Shown here: positions 25,653 to 38,783 of the stretch, piece by piece
Layout: each line of letters starts with the position of its first letter
How positions within the stretch are numbered: the stretch's first letter is position 1
The notes under the pieces: generated by a model
What the model was told of the DNA's origin: nothing
Databases searched by the model: none
What the model saw: only the letters and a program-made list of their open reading frames with translations
NCBI GenBank assembly: GCA_038087875.1
Contig: CM075992.1
Coordinates: forward strand, 9,364,001-9,428,000
Length of the DNA stretch: 64,000 nucleotides
Direction: 5' to 3'
From: Malacoraja senta
Lineage: Eukaryota
Program-made: the position numbers and the translations under genes

Positions 25653-26805
25653 TCTCTCCTGTGATGTTGCCTGTCCCCGCTGAGTTACTCCAGCTTTTTA
25701 TGTGTATCTTCAATATTGATGCTGCTAGGGTGTAAGTTGCCCAAGCAAAATATGAGGTGTTGTTCCTCCAGTTTGGAAGAATTGGAATTTGGAGGAATCA
25801 GGAGCCGTCGTTGGAGGGGCGGCGCGATGGGATGGGTTAGGATCTGCTTCAGGTGTGAATTGGGCAGGTCCTGGTGGTGTGAGGGAGACATCCTTGGGGT
25901 GAGGGCTAGCTCAGGCCTGGAGGAGGGGCTCTAGGTATAAACCAGCGGTCTGAAGAAGGGTCTCAACCCAAAACGTCACCCATTCTTTCTCTCCAGAGAT
26001 GCTGCCTGTCTAGCTGAAGTGCTCCAGCTTTTTGTGTCTATCTGCAATTCTTTGTTTCTACTGAAAACAGAGTTTGCTGAAAATATTCAGCAGGGCAGAC
26101 CACATCACATCTGTGGAAAGAGCAACAAAGCTAAAGCTAATGGAGATTCTGAAACTGAGAAGGAGACTAATTTTTTGTAAAGTGCTGAGAGGGTGTGGGG
26201 ATATCTCTGATGGGGTAATACTAGGGAATAGCTGGAAACAAGGTTACCGGTCAGTGAATTAAAGGAAGTAGTTAGAGAGTGAGGACACAGGCATTGCAAC
26301 ATGTCAAGTAGGAGATGTACCTGGTTGGCCAGACTGGGTATAACCTTCACTTTCTGAGAGGAAAAAGATCAATAAAGCACGCCAACACCTATACTTTCTT
26401 CGAAGGCTTTTACAGATGAACTGTAGAAAACATCTTATTGGGATGCATTAAACCCAATTTGGGAACACATCCATCCAATACTCAAGAGAGCAGTGGACAT
26501 AGCCCAGACCATAACACAAACCAACCTGCCTTCCCTTGAAGATAGACACAAAGTGCTGCAGTAACTCAGCGGGATAGGCAGCATCTCTGGATAGAAGGAA
26601 TGGGTGATGTTTCGGGTCGAGACCATTCTTCAGACTGAGGGCCGGGGAGAAGGAAACTAAAGATATGGAATGGTAGGAAAGAACTGCAAATGCTGGTTTA
26701 AATCAAAGGTAGACACAAAAAGCTGAAGTAACTCAGCGAGTTAGGCAGCATCTCTGGAGAGAAGGAATGGGTGACGTTTCGGGTCGAGACCCTTCTTCAG
26801 ACTGT

Positions 26806-27355
26806 AAGTATTGTGTACAGTTTTGGTCTCCTAATTTGAGGAAGGACATCCTTGTGATTGAGGCAGTGCAGCGTACGTTCACAAGATTGATCCCTGGGAT
26901 GGTGGGACTGTCATGAGGAAAGATTGAAAAGACTAGGCTTGTATTCACTGGAGTTTAGAAGAATGAGGGGGGATTTTATAGAGACATATAAAATTATAAA
27001 AGGACTGGACAAGCTAGATGGAGGAAAAATGTTCCCAATGTTGGGTGAGTCCAGAACCAGGGGCCACGGTCTTAGAATGAAGGGGAGGCCAACTAAGACT
27101 GAGGTAAGAAAAAACTTCACCCAGAGAGTTGTGAATTTGTAGAATTCCTGCCACAGAGGGCAGTGGAGGCAAAATCACTGGATGGATTTAAGCGAGAGTT
27201 AATAGAGCTCTAGGGGCTAGTGGAATCAAGGGATATGGGGAGAAGGCAGGCACGGGTTATTGATTGGGGACGATCAGCCATGATCGCAATGAATGGCGGT
27301 GCTGGCTCGAAGGGCCGAATGGCCTCCTCCTGCACCTATTTTCTATGTTTCTATG
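26806..27355 (+). mobile_element. CR1/HER1 LINE 3' end
   Basis: RLGLYSLEFRRMRGDFIETYKI; (ttctatg)n tail. Confidence 0.9.
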
Positions 27356-28945
27356 TAAGGGTACAAAGAGCATGTATGGTGTGAAAAGGACAGATCAAAG
27401 CAGATGGTGATCAAGGAAATGTACAATGGTTCATTGTTGGCTGAGAGGAAGGTGACAATGAGGTGTACAAACAGTAAAATTAATCAGGAGGACAGTGAAA
27501 CAAGTAAGAGAACTAGGGTAGGGGAGGGATGGAGAGAGCGGAAAATCAAGGATTACTTGAAGTTAGAGAAATCAATATTGATACCGCTGGGTTTTAAGGC
27601 CTAAGTGAAATATGAGGTGCTGTTCCTCGGAAAATGCATACCTCTAGATACAGTTGGTCCTTTCATCAGCTAGAGTGCCGTCCTGACCTCCCATCTAACT
27701 CATTGGAGACCTTTGAACTATCTTTAATCAGACTTTATGGGACCTGAATGTTATATTGTGCACTAAATGCTGCACCCTTTATCAATTATCTGCACACTGT
27801 GGACGTCTAGATGGTATTCATGTATAGTCTTTTCTTTTACTGGATAACAAGCAAACAAAAGCTTTTGATTGTCTCTCAGTACATGTGATATTAATAAATG
27901 ATATAAAGAAAACTATCAACGATGGGCATCTGATACAAACAGGGAAATCAGGATACCTTAAGCTGTAGAAATTAATATTGACTTGTATCTAGATGGAACC
28001 TGAGACAGTTCCTCAAGCTTATGTTGGGCCTCATTGTAAGAACACAGATACCAGTAGGTGAGAATGGGATGGAAAATTTCCAGCATTTTCTGTTTTTATT
28101 TAAAATTTTCTAATACCTGGTTTATTCTTTTTCAATACCGTGGCTTTGATGTTATTATTAAGTGAATAATATTAGCCAAGATTCTGAGAAGAATCTTTAC
28201 CAGTGGGCAGTGCCAAGTTAATTGACCACAGTTAATGTCCTTTGTGTATGGGAGAAGTGGCAGAATCTGGGTGTGGAGTTGATCAGAATATGGAAGAAGA
28301 AAATTGGATTTAAGTAAATTGAAGACACGAGAAGCTACAGATGCTGGAATATTGAACAAAACACAAAGTGCTGGAGGGTCCTTACCTGAAATGTCATCTG
28401 TCTATTTCCTCCACATATGGAGGAATTGGTGCTTGATGGATGGTGTGGATTTAAAATGTATTGAACAGATTTAGTACAGCAGAGGAACAGGCCCTTTGTG
28501 CCACAATGGCTGAGCTAAACATGATATCCAGACTGTCTCTTATCTGCCTACACATAATCCATATACCCCAATCCCTGCGTATCCATGTGCCAAAAGTCAA
28601 AAATCTCTTACATGTTGGGCCAAAGGGCCTATTTCTATCCAGATAAGTCCATGACCCAATGAAACTTTTAATGCCCATTGGAAAGGGATAGTTTAATTTC
28701 TTGCCTAACAGACTACAACCATATTATAATGACTTCTTGAATTTCTAATTTAATGATAGCGCCTCCACCTAGACTTTGTGCTCAGGCATCTTGAAACATG
28801 AATCCATTACTACTTGGCAAAGTGGAACAAAGGGAAGCATTCTGACTGAGTTGTACCGTGAAACCTGATTTTGTGCATACAAGGAGATCCCAGAACTGCT
28901 TCCCACAGGGGTTTAAAATAGAGTCATACAGCACAGAAGACACGG

Positions 28946-29237
28946 TGGGCATCACGGTGGCGCAGAGTTGCTGCCTTACAGCTGCAAAGACCCGGATTTG
29001 ATCTTAACTACGGGTGCTGTCTGTACGGAGTTTGTATGTTCTCCCTGTGACAGCGTGGGTTTTCCCCCGGGGCCCCGGTTTCCTCCCACATTCAAAAATG
29101 TACAGGCTTGTAGGTTAATGGTTACAGTAAAGATTGTAAAATGTGTGTAGTGTGTGGTAGTGTACAGGTCGGAGCGGACTTGGTGGGCTGAAGGGCCTGT
29201 TTCCTATATGCAGATGTATCTCTAACCTAAACTAAAC
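28946..29237 (+). mobile_element. HE1-like V-SINE
   Basis: V-domain and tail. Confidence 0.75.
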
Positions 29238-31215
29238 AGTCCCTTCAGTCCACCATGACCATCAAGTACCTGGCTGTATTCGTTTATCAGCTCTTGGTTT
29301 ATAGCTTTCAATTGCTTATCTAGATAAGTTGCAAATGTGGGAGTACCTGCTTCCACACCCATGTAAGCAGCGAGGTCTAGTTTCCATGTGCTATTTGGGT
29401 GAAAACATTCCTCTAAACCTCTTATGATGCACATATACCCTCTTGTTTTAGATGCCATTTCCTTGGAGAAATGTTTCCTACCATCTACCATTTCTATATC
29501 TCTCATAATTTTGCATTTTCTGTCAGATCACCTCTCAGCCTCCATTGGTCCAAGGAAAACAAGGCCAGTTTCTCTTCATAAATGAAATGCTTCTTCCTGG
29601 AGAATCTCTGCACCCTCTCCGCCACATACACATTTTTTTGTATTTTGGGGTGACCAAAATTGCACCGAGTTCTTAAACTGTGAACAGGGCTGTGGAGGCC
29701 AAGTCAATGGATATTTTTAAGGCAGAGATTGATAGATTGTTGATTAGTACGGGTGTCAGGGGTTATGGGGAGAATGGGGTTAGGAGGGAGAGATAGATCA
29801 GCCATGATTGAATGGTGAAGTAGACTTGATGGGCCGAATGGCCGAATGAAAAAGTTACTTATATAACAACTAAACAGGTTCGCTTCTTAATAGTCAAGTC
29901 AAGTCACATTTATTTATATAGCACATTTAAAAAACAACTCTCGTTGGCCAAAGTGCTTTACATTTGTTATAAGAATGAGTCTCTTTTTGAACTTGGCTCA
30001 AAAGATTTATAACAACCAACACATTTTATCATTCGAGTATAGCTCCGCTCCCCATTCATGGCAGTTTCTTAAAGGGACACACCATAACCTGTCTGTTCAT
30101 TTGCATTTCAAAGGACAAACTGTTCTTAAAGGGACACACACACCTTTGCTCATTGCTTCAAATTTCACACATTCCACATACAAAAAACATTGTTTTACAA
30201 GCAGTACATATACAAAAAAACATTGTTTTACCAGCAATATATAATATTTCATCTTCAAAGACGTCTCTTTGTAATTTACTTTCCCTTTTTCTGACAAGAC
30301 TTCTGTTTACCAGAATCCTGGTTACCTAACCCTAATTGGACATTGATCCAGATCGTGATTAGTCAGACTCCCCATGACTTTTCAGTCTCCCTACCCCATC
30401 CTCATTTCTCCACCGAATTTTCCTTCATCCCCAATTTTTTTACTGGTCCTATCACATATGAACTTGTGAACCACATACATTGATTTTTTGTTTATTATAT
30501 ATTATCTATGTGTACTGTGTTTACAGGCCTGTCATGCTGTTGCTTGTAAGAATTCCATTGTCTGTTGTCAGAACATAAGGGAAGGTTCGCTACAGGGATG
30601 GTTTTTCTAGAGACATTTGTTTAACATAATTATAGACAGAAAACTATTTTTTGATAAAGGTTAGTTTTTGATTACTTTAGCAGCAGCAAAGGTCATGCTG
30701 TTCGTGGCGCAGGAGAGAAAGGTCAGTGTGGGAAAGGGAGGGGGAGTCAAAGTGTTTAGCAACTGGGAGATCAGGTAGGTTTAGGCGGACTGGGCGAAGG
30801 TGTTCAGTGAATACAGCGAGGTGTTCCCTACGTTCTACACTGTTTAATTCATTGTGTCGTCAACTCCATTTACCCCATTGTAGGGATATCTACAGTGATA
30901 ACTAGTCATCTTTGAAAGGATCAATACTTGAAGGTATATTCGGGTTAATATTATCATTGACATTTGGAGATATTATTAATATCTTGGCCGTGCTGTATGG
31001 TCAGCAATTTAGTAGCCTGTTGGATAATTGGTTCCAAATGTGTGGTGTAATTTGCTACACTCTGGGGATATTAATAATCCACATAAACTGTGGCCATGAG
31101 AAGATCAGGTACCAAGAACTATCTGTTGACACATAAATGGGATAACTAAATGTACTAAAGTATAAATGCTTGACCCAATGAGAGCATTTATATATCATTC
31201 CATAAAACTTGTGGA

Positions 31216-32214
31216 GTGGACACTATCCCCTACTGCCAATTCCTCCGTCTACGCCGCATCTGCACCCAGGATGAGATGTTCCAAACCAGGGCATCGGAGA
31301 TGTCCTCATTCTTTAGGGAACGGGGGTTCCCTTCTTCGACTATAGATGAGCCTCTCACCAGGGTCTCCTCCACATCCCGTAGCTCCGCTCTCACTCCCCA
31401 TCACCCAACTCGTAACAAGGACATAGTCCCCCTTGTCCTCACCTTCCACCCTACCAGCTGTCACATACAACAGAAAATCCTCCGACATTTTCGCCACCTC
31501 CAACGGGATCCCACCACTGGCCACATCTTCCCATCTCCACCCCTTTCGGCTTTCCGCAGAGACCGCTCCCTCCGTAACTCCTTGGTCAGTTCCTCCCAAA
31601 CCACCCACTCCCTGGTACTTTCCGTTGTAACCGCAAGAAATGCTACACTTGTCGCTTTACCTCCCCCCTCGACTCCATCCAAGGACCCAAGCAGTCTTTC
31701 CAGGTGAGGCAGAGGTTCACCTGCACCTCCTCCAACCTCATCTATTACATCCGCTGCTCTAGGTGTCAACTTCTCTACATCGGTGTGACCAAGCACAGGC
31801 TTGGCGATCACTTCGCCCAACACCTCCGCACAGTTCGCATTAACCAACCTGATCTCCCAGTGGCTCAGCACTTCAACTCCCCCTCCCATTCCGAATCCGA
31901 CCTTTCTGTCCTGGGCCACCTCCATGGCCAGAGTGAGTCCCACCGCAAATTTGAGGAGCAGCACCTCATATTTCGCTTGGGTAGTTTACATCCCAGCGGT
32001 ATGAACATTAACTTCTGCAATTTCATGTAGTCCCTGCTTTCTCCTCCTTCCCCTCCCCAACTCTCCCACTGCCTTTTGTCTCCACCTCTTCCTTTCTTCT
32101 TCCCGCCCCCCCCCACATCAGTCTGAAGAAGGGTCTCGACCTGAAACGTAACCTATTCCTCGCTCCATAGATGCTGCCTCACCTGCTGAGTTTCTCAAGC
32201 ATTTTTGTCTACCT
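31216..32214 (+). mobile_element. Penelope-like element (RT thumb, GIY-YIG, terminal repeat), frameshifted
   Basis: IPYCQFLRLRRIC..RGFP..PLVLTFHP..AFRRDRSLRNSLV; NLIYYIRCSRCQLLYIG; hammerhead-like motif ~32123-32150. Confidence 0.9.
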
Positions 32215-32489
32215 TGGAGTGTTAACTTGTATTGTACAAAGATATTATTTAACTGTGAAAATGTCACTTCCACCATTAACACACTCTTGATTCTCCTCTG
32301 TGTTGGAATACCAAAGATACAGTATGTACAATCTGGTACAGGATTGTTGGAAGACATTGCCATTTACAGGAAACATATTATTTCTACTCTCTGCTTGATC
32401 AAGTGAATTTGGAATAGATGTAGCAGTTCTTTTAAAGGATAGATTAACTCCTTGGTGAACTCACAATACAAATTAACTAGTGACTTGTC

Positions 32490-33210
32490 TGTCAAGTCAA
32501 GTCACATTTATTTCTATAGCACATTTAAAAAACAACTCTCGTTGACCAAAGTGATTTACATTTGTTATAAGAATAGTATACACAAGCAAAATACATAAAT
32601 ATATACAAATAGCCCTCGCTCAGAGGACGTCAGGAAAGGCTTGGGAGAACAGATACATTTTTAGTCTAGACTTAAAGGAGTCAATGGAGGGGGCAGTTCT
32701 GATGGGAAGAGGGATGCTGTTCCACAGTCTAGGAGCTGCAACTGCAAAGGCGCGGTCGCCCCTGAGCTTATGCCTAGACCGCGGGACATTCAGCAACCCC
32801 AAGTCGGCCGATCTGAGGGACCTGGAGGTGGTGTAGTGGGTGAGAAGACTTTAATGTAGGTGGGTGCAAGCCCATTGAGGGCTTTGTAGACAAAGAGGAG
32901 GGTCTTGATATTTATTCGGAACCGCACAGGGAGCCAGTGGAGACAGGCCAGGATCGGGGTGATGTGGTCCCTTTTTCGGGTGCCCGTCAGGAGTCTCGCT
33001 GCGACTTTTTGGACCAGTTGCAGGCGGGACAGGGAAGATTGGCTGATGCCAGTGTAAAGGGAGTTGCAGTAATCTAGGCGGGAGGAGATAAATGTGTGGA
33101 TGATCTTTTCGAGGTCATCAAACTGGAGGAATTGTTTTATTTTAGCTATCATCCGAAGCTGAAAGAAGCTAGCTTTTACCATGGCATTGACTTGTTTGTC
33201 AAATTTCACT
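32490..33210 (-). mobile_element. L2-clade LINE 3' fragment
   Basis: SRLDYCNSL..LQLVQ..AARLL..HITPIL..LHWLPV..GDRAFAVAAPRLWN; (TTGAC)n tail; short tail copy also at 29893-29975. Confidence 0.9.
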
Positions 33211-34043
33211 TAATTCCATTAATGTTAATAGAATTTTGCTTTTATGCACACGCTGTTTATATAATAAGAGAGAGGTTTAAAGTGCTTTGATATTTTTTTC
33301 GTTAGGCCTGATATATGCAATTGTTTTTATTATGCAGTGAGTTAAAATAATGTTACGTGCAATAACCACTTTAAAGTGTTAATAACTTACATAACAGCAG
33401 TTTTTAAAAATACATTCACAAAATTAATAATAATAATTAAGTCAATTAAGTCAATTAATTAAGTAAAATGGCAATTATTTTAGGGCAGCCGACGTTTCAG
33501 GCCAGGGCCCTTTTTCAGACATCAGTAAGATTGGATCAGCTATGATCTTGCTGCATAAGCAGAAATAAGATGTCATTAGACAGGTGCACATTAAACCTGA
33601 GAATATTGGCAGGCGATGCTGTGTAGATAGTGGAACAAACAGGGCTGTTTTGAACAAAATAAAATTTCAAGGCTGGATTAGGAAGGGGGACTGTAGATAG
33701 CACAGACTCTGTGGGTCGAAGGCTCTGTTTCTGTGTTGTATCTGTAAAGTCTAATTAAATTCCATTGGTGAGGAAACTTATGATGCAATTTTTAAGCCAA
33801 CATTATTGTTTTGATCTGCATTTTTCATCTTTTACTCTTCTGAAGACATTAGCTCTTGAGTCATGGTTCCAGAGGCATTGGCAGATTTTATCTACTTGTT
33901 CAGGGAAGCACTCAGTACTGAAACCTCAGATAATTGTTTTGTTATTTAACATGCAGGCACAGAGGCTAGTGAGTAGCTTATCATTATTTGCCTGGTCGTA
34001 ATCAGTTAGCGTGATACATTACAGAGGGAGTGTATAAACGGCA

Positions 34044-34379
34044 GGGGTGGTGCGGTGGCGCAGCGGTAGAGTTGCTGCCTTACAGCACTTGTAGCACCGG
34101 AGACCCGGGTTCGATCCCGACCATGGGTGCTATCTCTACGGAGTTTGTACGTTCTCCCCATGAGCGCGTGGGTTTTCTCCGAGATCTTCGGTTTCCTCCC
34201 ACACTCCAAAGACGTACAGGTTTGTAGGTTAATTTGGTTGGGTTTGTATACTTGGTATAAGCGTAAATTGTCCCTAGTGTGTGTAGGCTTGTGTAAATGT
34301 GCGGGGATCGCTGATCGGTGTGGACTCGGTGGGCTGAAGGGCCTGTTTCCGCGCTGCATCTCCAAAACTAAAACTAAAC
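34044..34379 (+). mobile_element. HE1-like V-SINE, near full length
   Basis: A/B-box head, V-domain, CR1-type tail with (ctaaaa)n. Confidence 0.9.
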
Positions 34380-34801
34380 ACAGAAAATGCTGGAAACCTC
34401 TCAGCAGGTCAGGCAGCATTTTGGAAAGAAATTTAGTTAACATTTCAGGTCAGGCATTAGTATTAATTTAATGTTTTTTTCCGATTTCCAGCATCAGCAG
34501 TTTTACTCAGCATTTTTCATCTTCTACTCTTCTGAAGACATTAGCTCTTGTGTCATGGTTCCAGGGGCATTGGCCTCCGGTGGCTGGTGTGGTTCAGCAA
34601 GACATTATATTGTGCTAGAATCCTGAAAATTAGTAGGGGAGAGTTAAAAGACTTTTGAGAGGACTTTCAGGAAATGTTAAGCATGATATATAAGATATTA
34701 AATTTGGGGGTCACATTTGAGCTGCATGATTTATTGTTCTGATTATTCCCAATTATATGTTTGATTATTTATTAATAATCTATTAAAATGTTACTTGGCA
34801 G

Positions 34802-34960
34802 GTGCAAGTCCTGAAAGAACGTATTGAAGCGGAGAAGGGCGTTAATTTCCCTGTTGCCTGTCAGAAGCTGATATATGCTGGGAAGATTTTAAACAATGAT
34901 ATTCAACTCAAGGAATACAAGATTGATGAGAAGAATTTTGTTGTTGTTATGGTCACAAAG
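34802..34960 (+). CDS. RAD23A: RAD23A exon 2 (UBL domain)
   Basis: ag|[53 protein letters not shown]|gt. Confidence 0.95.
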
Positions 34961-36359
34961 GTGTGCAATCATTTCTGATTAAAGCAATAGTTCCATTTTC
35001 TATGTGGGTACAGCATCTTCTGGGAGCCTTGGCTAATGCAAAGTTATTATTTCCCAGTCAATGATTTCCAACATGAATGGAGGAGTTTCCCTTTCATATT
35101 ACCTTATTTTAACATGCTTTTGCATTTGGGCAGTACTTTTCCCATGGTGGAAATGTTATGCCACCATTTTTTGATTAGTCCCAATCAAAACCCTCCAAAC
35201 CCGGTGATCCCAGTCTGAAGAAGGGTCTCGACCTGTCCAGAGATGCTGCCTGTCCCGCTGAGTTACTCCAGCTTTTTGTGTCGATCCCAGAGTGACCCTG
35301 GGTAAGATGTACTACCATTTCCTATCCTGACAGTACTGCTCCCAGCCCAAAGTGCTTATAATATAGACATGGAGTCATACAGCACAGAAACAGGCCCTTT
35401 GGCCCAACTTGCCTATGCCGACCAAGCTGCCCTATTTACACTGGCCCACCTGCCTGCATTGGCCCTTATCTCTCCAAACCTTTCCTATCTATGTACCTGT
35501 CCAAATGTCTTTTCAATGTTGTTATAGTATCTGCCTCAACTATTTCCTCTGGCAGCTCATTCTACACCCTGCTATAGTTCTGCTATAAATGCTTGCTTCC
35601 ATAACACAAATTGATATAATGCGAATGATAAATGAAAGAACACTATTTTCATTATGTGAGCTGAATTGGTTATAATGTGATTTTGATTGGGGACTTGAGA
35701 ACCACTTGAAAGTTACTTTGGAAATGGACAGCATAAAAAAAAATTGTCTTGGATTTAAACAGGTAAAACGTTTTGATGCAACATCCCCCCAGGAATCAGA
35801 TACCATTGTCTATAAGGACACAGCTGCTACTTTAGCCAGGGGTGGCCATTGAAATTGACAAGCAATTGCTTCTGTTGACATGTATGCACCAATGCTGTAT
35901 TACCAATGTAACATACAACCTTTAATGTTTTTATCTTGCAGTAACAGAAATAAGCTTTGGGAAAGACCTTCATTTTTGAAATCCTGCAGGAAAAATAGCT
36001 CTGTTATTCCAAGAAACTCACTCGCCCCTAATCCTAATTTTCCCACTGTCTTTACAATGCAATCTTCTATAACATGAGGTTTCTTAGGAATGCCACTATG
36101 GCATTATAGCAGAACTACCAGCATCCAGTGTGGGGAATGCACTGTGCAGATATAGGTCACGTGAAGTTATTGAAATATTGCCGTGATATCTGAGATGTTC
36201 CTCAATATATTTCTGATAATTTACTGGTTTGAAACTTTATTTAATGTGTCCTTTGCATTGCATATGTGTAGGTAGAGTTTGTGTTTTCTTTCATTTTCCT
36301 CAAAATACTACTCATCATAGGCTAATGTTAAATAAAATGTTTTCATTCTATATATCATA

Positions 36360-37956
36360 TTGTGCATTCAGAAAGTATTCAGACCCATTCACTTTTTCCA
36401 CATTTTGTTGCATTACAGCCTTTTTCTAAAATGGATTAAATTCATTTTTTTTATCATCTATCTACATACAATACCCCATAATAAAAAAGCGAAAACAGGT
36501 GTTTAGAAATGTTTGTAAAGTAATTCAAAAGAAATATCACATTTAAGAAGTATTCAGACCCTTTACTCTGTACTTTGTTGAGGCACCTTTAGCAGCGATT
36601 ACAACCTCAAGTCTTCTTGAGTATGACGCTACAAGCTTGGCACACCGGTATTTGGGTAATTTCTCCCATTCTTCTCTGCAGATCCTCTCAAGCTCTGTCA
36701 GGTTGGATGGGGAGTGGCGATGCACAGCTATTTTCAGGTCCCTCCAGAGATGTTCGATCGGGTTCGAGTCCAGGCTCTGAGGGCTGGGCCACTCAATGAC
36801 ATTCACAGACTTGTCACGAAGCCACTCCTGCATTGTCTTGGCTGTGTGCTTAGGGTCTTTGTCCTGTTGGAAGGCGAACCTCCGCCCCAGTCTGAGGGCC
36901 AGACGCTCTGGAGCAGGTTTTCATCAAGGATCTCTCTGTACTTTGCTCCGTTCATCTTTTCCTTGATCCTGACTAGTCTCCCAGTTCCTGCCACTGAAAA
37001 CATCCCCACAGTATGATGCTGCCACCACCATGCTTCACCGTAGGTATGGTATTGGCCAGGTGATGAGCGGTGCCTGGTTTCCTCCAGATGTGACGCTTGG
37101 CATTCGGGCCAGAGAGTTCAATCTTGGTTTCATCAGACCAGAGAATCTTGTTTCTCATGGTCTGAGAGTCCTTTAGGTGCCTTTTGGCAAACTCCAAGCG
37201 GGCTGTCATGTGCCTTTTACTGAGGAGTGGCTTCCGTCTGGCCACTCTACCATAAAGGCCTGATTGGTGGAGTGCTGCAGATATAGTTGTCCTTATGGAA
37301 GGTTCTCCCATCTCCACAGAGGAACTCTGGAGCTCTGTCAGAGTGACCATCGGGTTCTTGGTTACCTCCCTGACCAAGGCCCTTCTCCCCGATTACTCAG
37401 TTTGACCGGCTCTATGACGAGTCCTGGTGGTTCCAAAGTTCTTCCATCTAAGAATGACGGAGGCCACTGTGCTCTTCGGGACCTGCAATGCTGCAGAAAT
37501 TGTTCTATACCCTTCCCCAGATCTATGTCGACACAATCCTGTCTCGGAGGTCTACGGACAATTCCTTCGTCTTCATGGCTTGGTTTTTGCTCTGACATGC
37601 ACTGTCAACTGTGGGACCTTATATCGACAGGTGTGTGCCTTTCCAAATCATGTCCAATCAATTTAATTTACCACTGGTGGACTCCAATCAAGTTGTAGAA
37701 ACATCTTAAGGATAATCAATGGAAACAGGATGAAATTTGAGTGTCATAGCAAAATATATGAATAATTATGTAAATGTGATATTTCAGTTATTTCTTTTTA
37801 ATTTGCAAAATTATCTAAACACCTTTCGCTTCTTCATTCTGGGGTATTGTGTATAGATTGATGATAACGAAAATGAATTTAATCCATTTTAAAATAAGGC
37901 TGTAATGTAACAAATGTGGAAAAGTGAAGGGGTCTGAAGACTTTCTGAATGCCCTG
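36360..37956 (-). mobile_element. Near full-length Tc1 transposon, transposase frameshifted
   Basis: TA flanks; TIR tgcattcagaaagtattcagaccc; ATG at 37576; WSDETKIEL, TVKHGGGSI, NPIEHLW, KGASTKY motifs. Confidence 0.95.
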
Positions 37957-38030
37957 TATATCACAATGTGTAATGGTTTATTAATTCAATGATTAATTAG
38001 AAAGTACCTTTTTTAATGAAAACTCTGCAG

Positions 38031-38170
38031 CCTAAAGTTGCCTCGGCAGAAGTGGGATCTACTTCTACAGTTGGGTTGTCGTCCACCCAGTCACAGTCAG
38101 AAGGAGATAATCAGAATACAGATGAAGGAAGCCAAGCCCAAACTATAACCAGCTCTGTTTCAATATCCAG
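38031..38170 (+). CDS. RAD23A: RAD23A exon 3 (S/T-rich linker)
   Basis: cag|PKVASAEVGSTSTVGLSSTQSQSEGDNQNTDEGSQAQTITSSVSIS-AG|gtacag; 140 bp, ends phase 2. Confidence 0.85.
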
Positions 38171-38427
38171 GTACAGAAACTTTAAACAAAATCAAACCAT
38201 TGAGGGGGCAAAGGGGAACGTCTAGCTGATTCTCTTTAAATCCCCCTGTGCTTACCTTCCACTGTCTGTTGGGAATACTCCATTTTATGCTTCCAGGCTA
38301 TGTGCTCTCCTTGCTGTGTTGCAACATCCAGAGGTTCCTTGGTCATATCACAAGCATGCCTTGGTCCTTCATAGACTGGCACTAATATGGTTGCTGCGGG
38401 ACCCTGGCCCAAGGGATGAATAAGTTG

Positions 38428-38710
38428 CAGTGGCACAGCTGGTAGAGCCACTGTTTTACAGTGCCAGAGACAGGCTTCGATCCTGACCTCGGCTGCTGTT
38501 TGTGTAGAGTTTGAGTGTTTTCCCTGTGACCGCGTGGGTTTCCTCTGGGTTCCACCCACGTCCCAAAGACATGCGAGTTTGTAGGAGATTGGCCCTAGTG
38601 TGGTGGGGAGTGGATGCAAAGGTGGGATAACATAGAACTAGTGATCCATGGTCAGCATGACTCAGTGGGCTGAAGGGCCTGTTTCCATGCTCTATACCGA
38701 AACCAAACTA
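38428..38710 (+). mobile_element. HE1-like V-SINE, diverged
   Basis: V-domain and tail. Confidence 0.7.
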
Positions 38711-38783
38711 CTGTAAGTTATGCACAGGACCAACCAATAGACATTGACACACAAGAAACTGTAGATGCTGGAATCTTGAGTAG

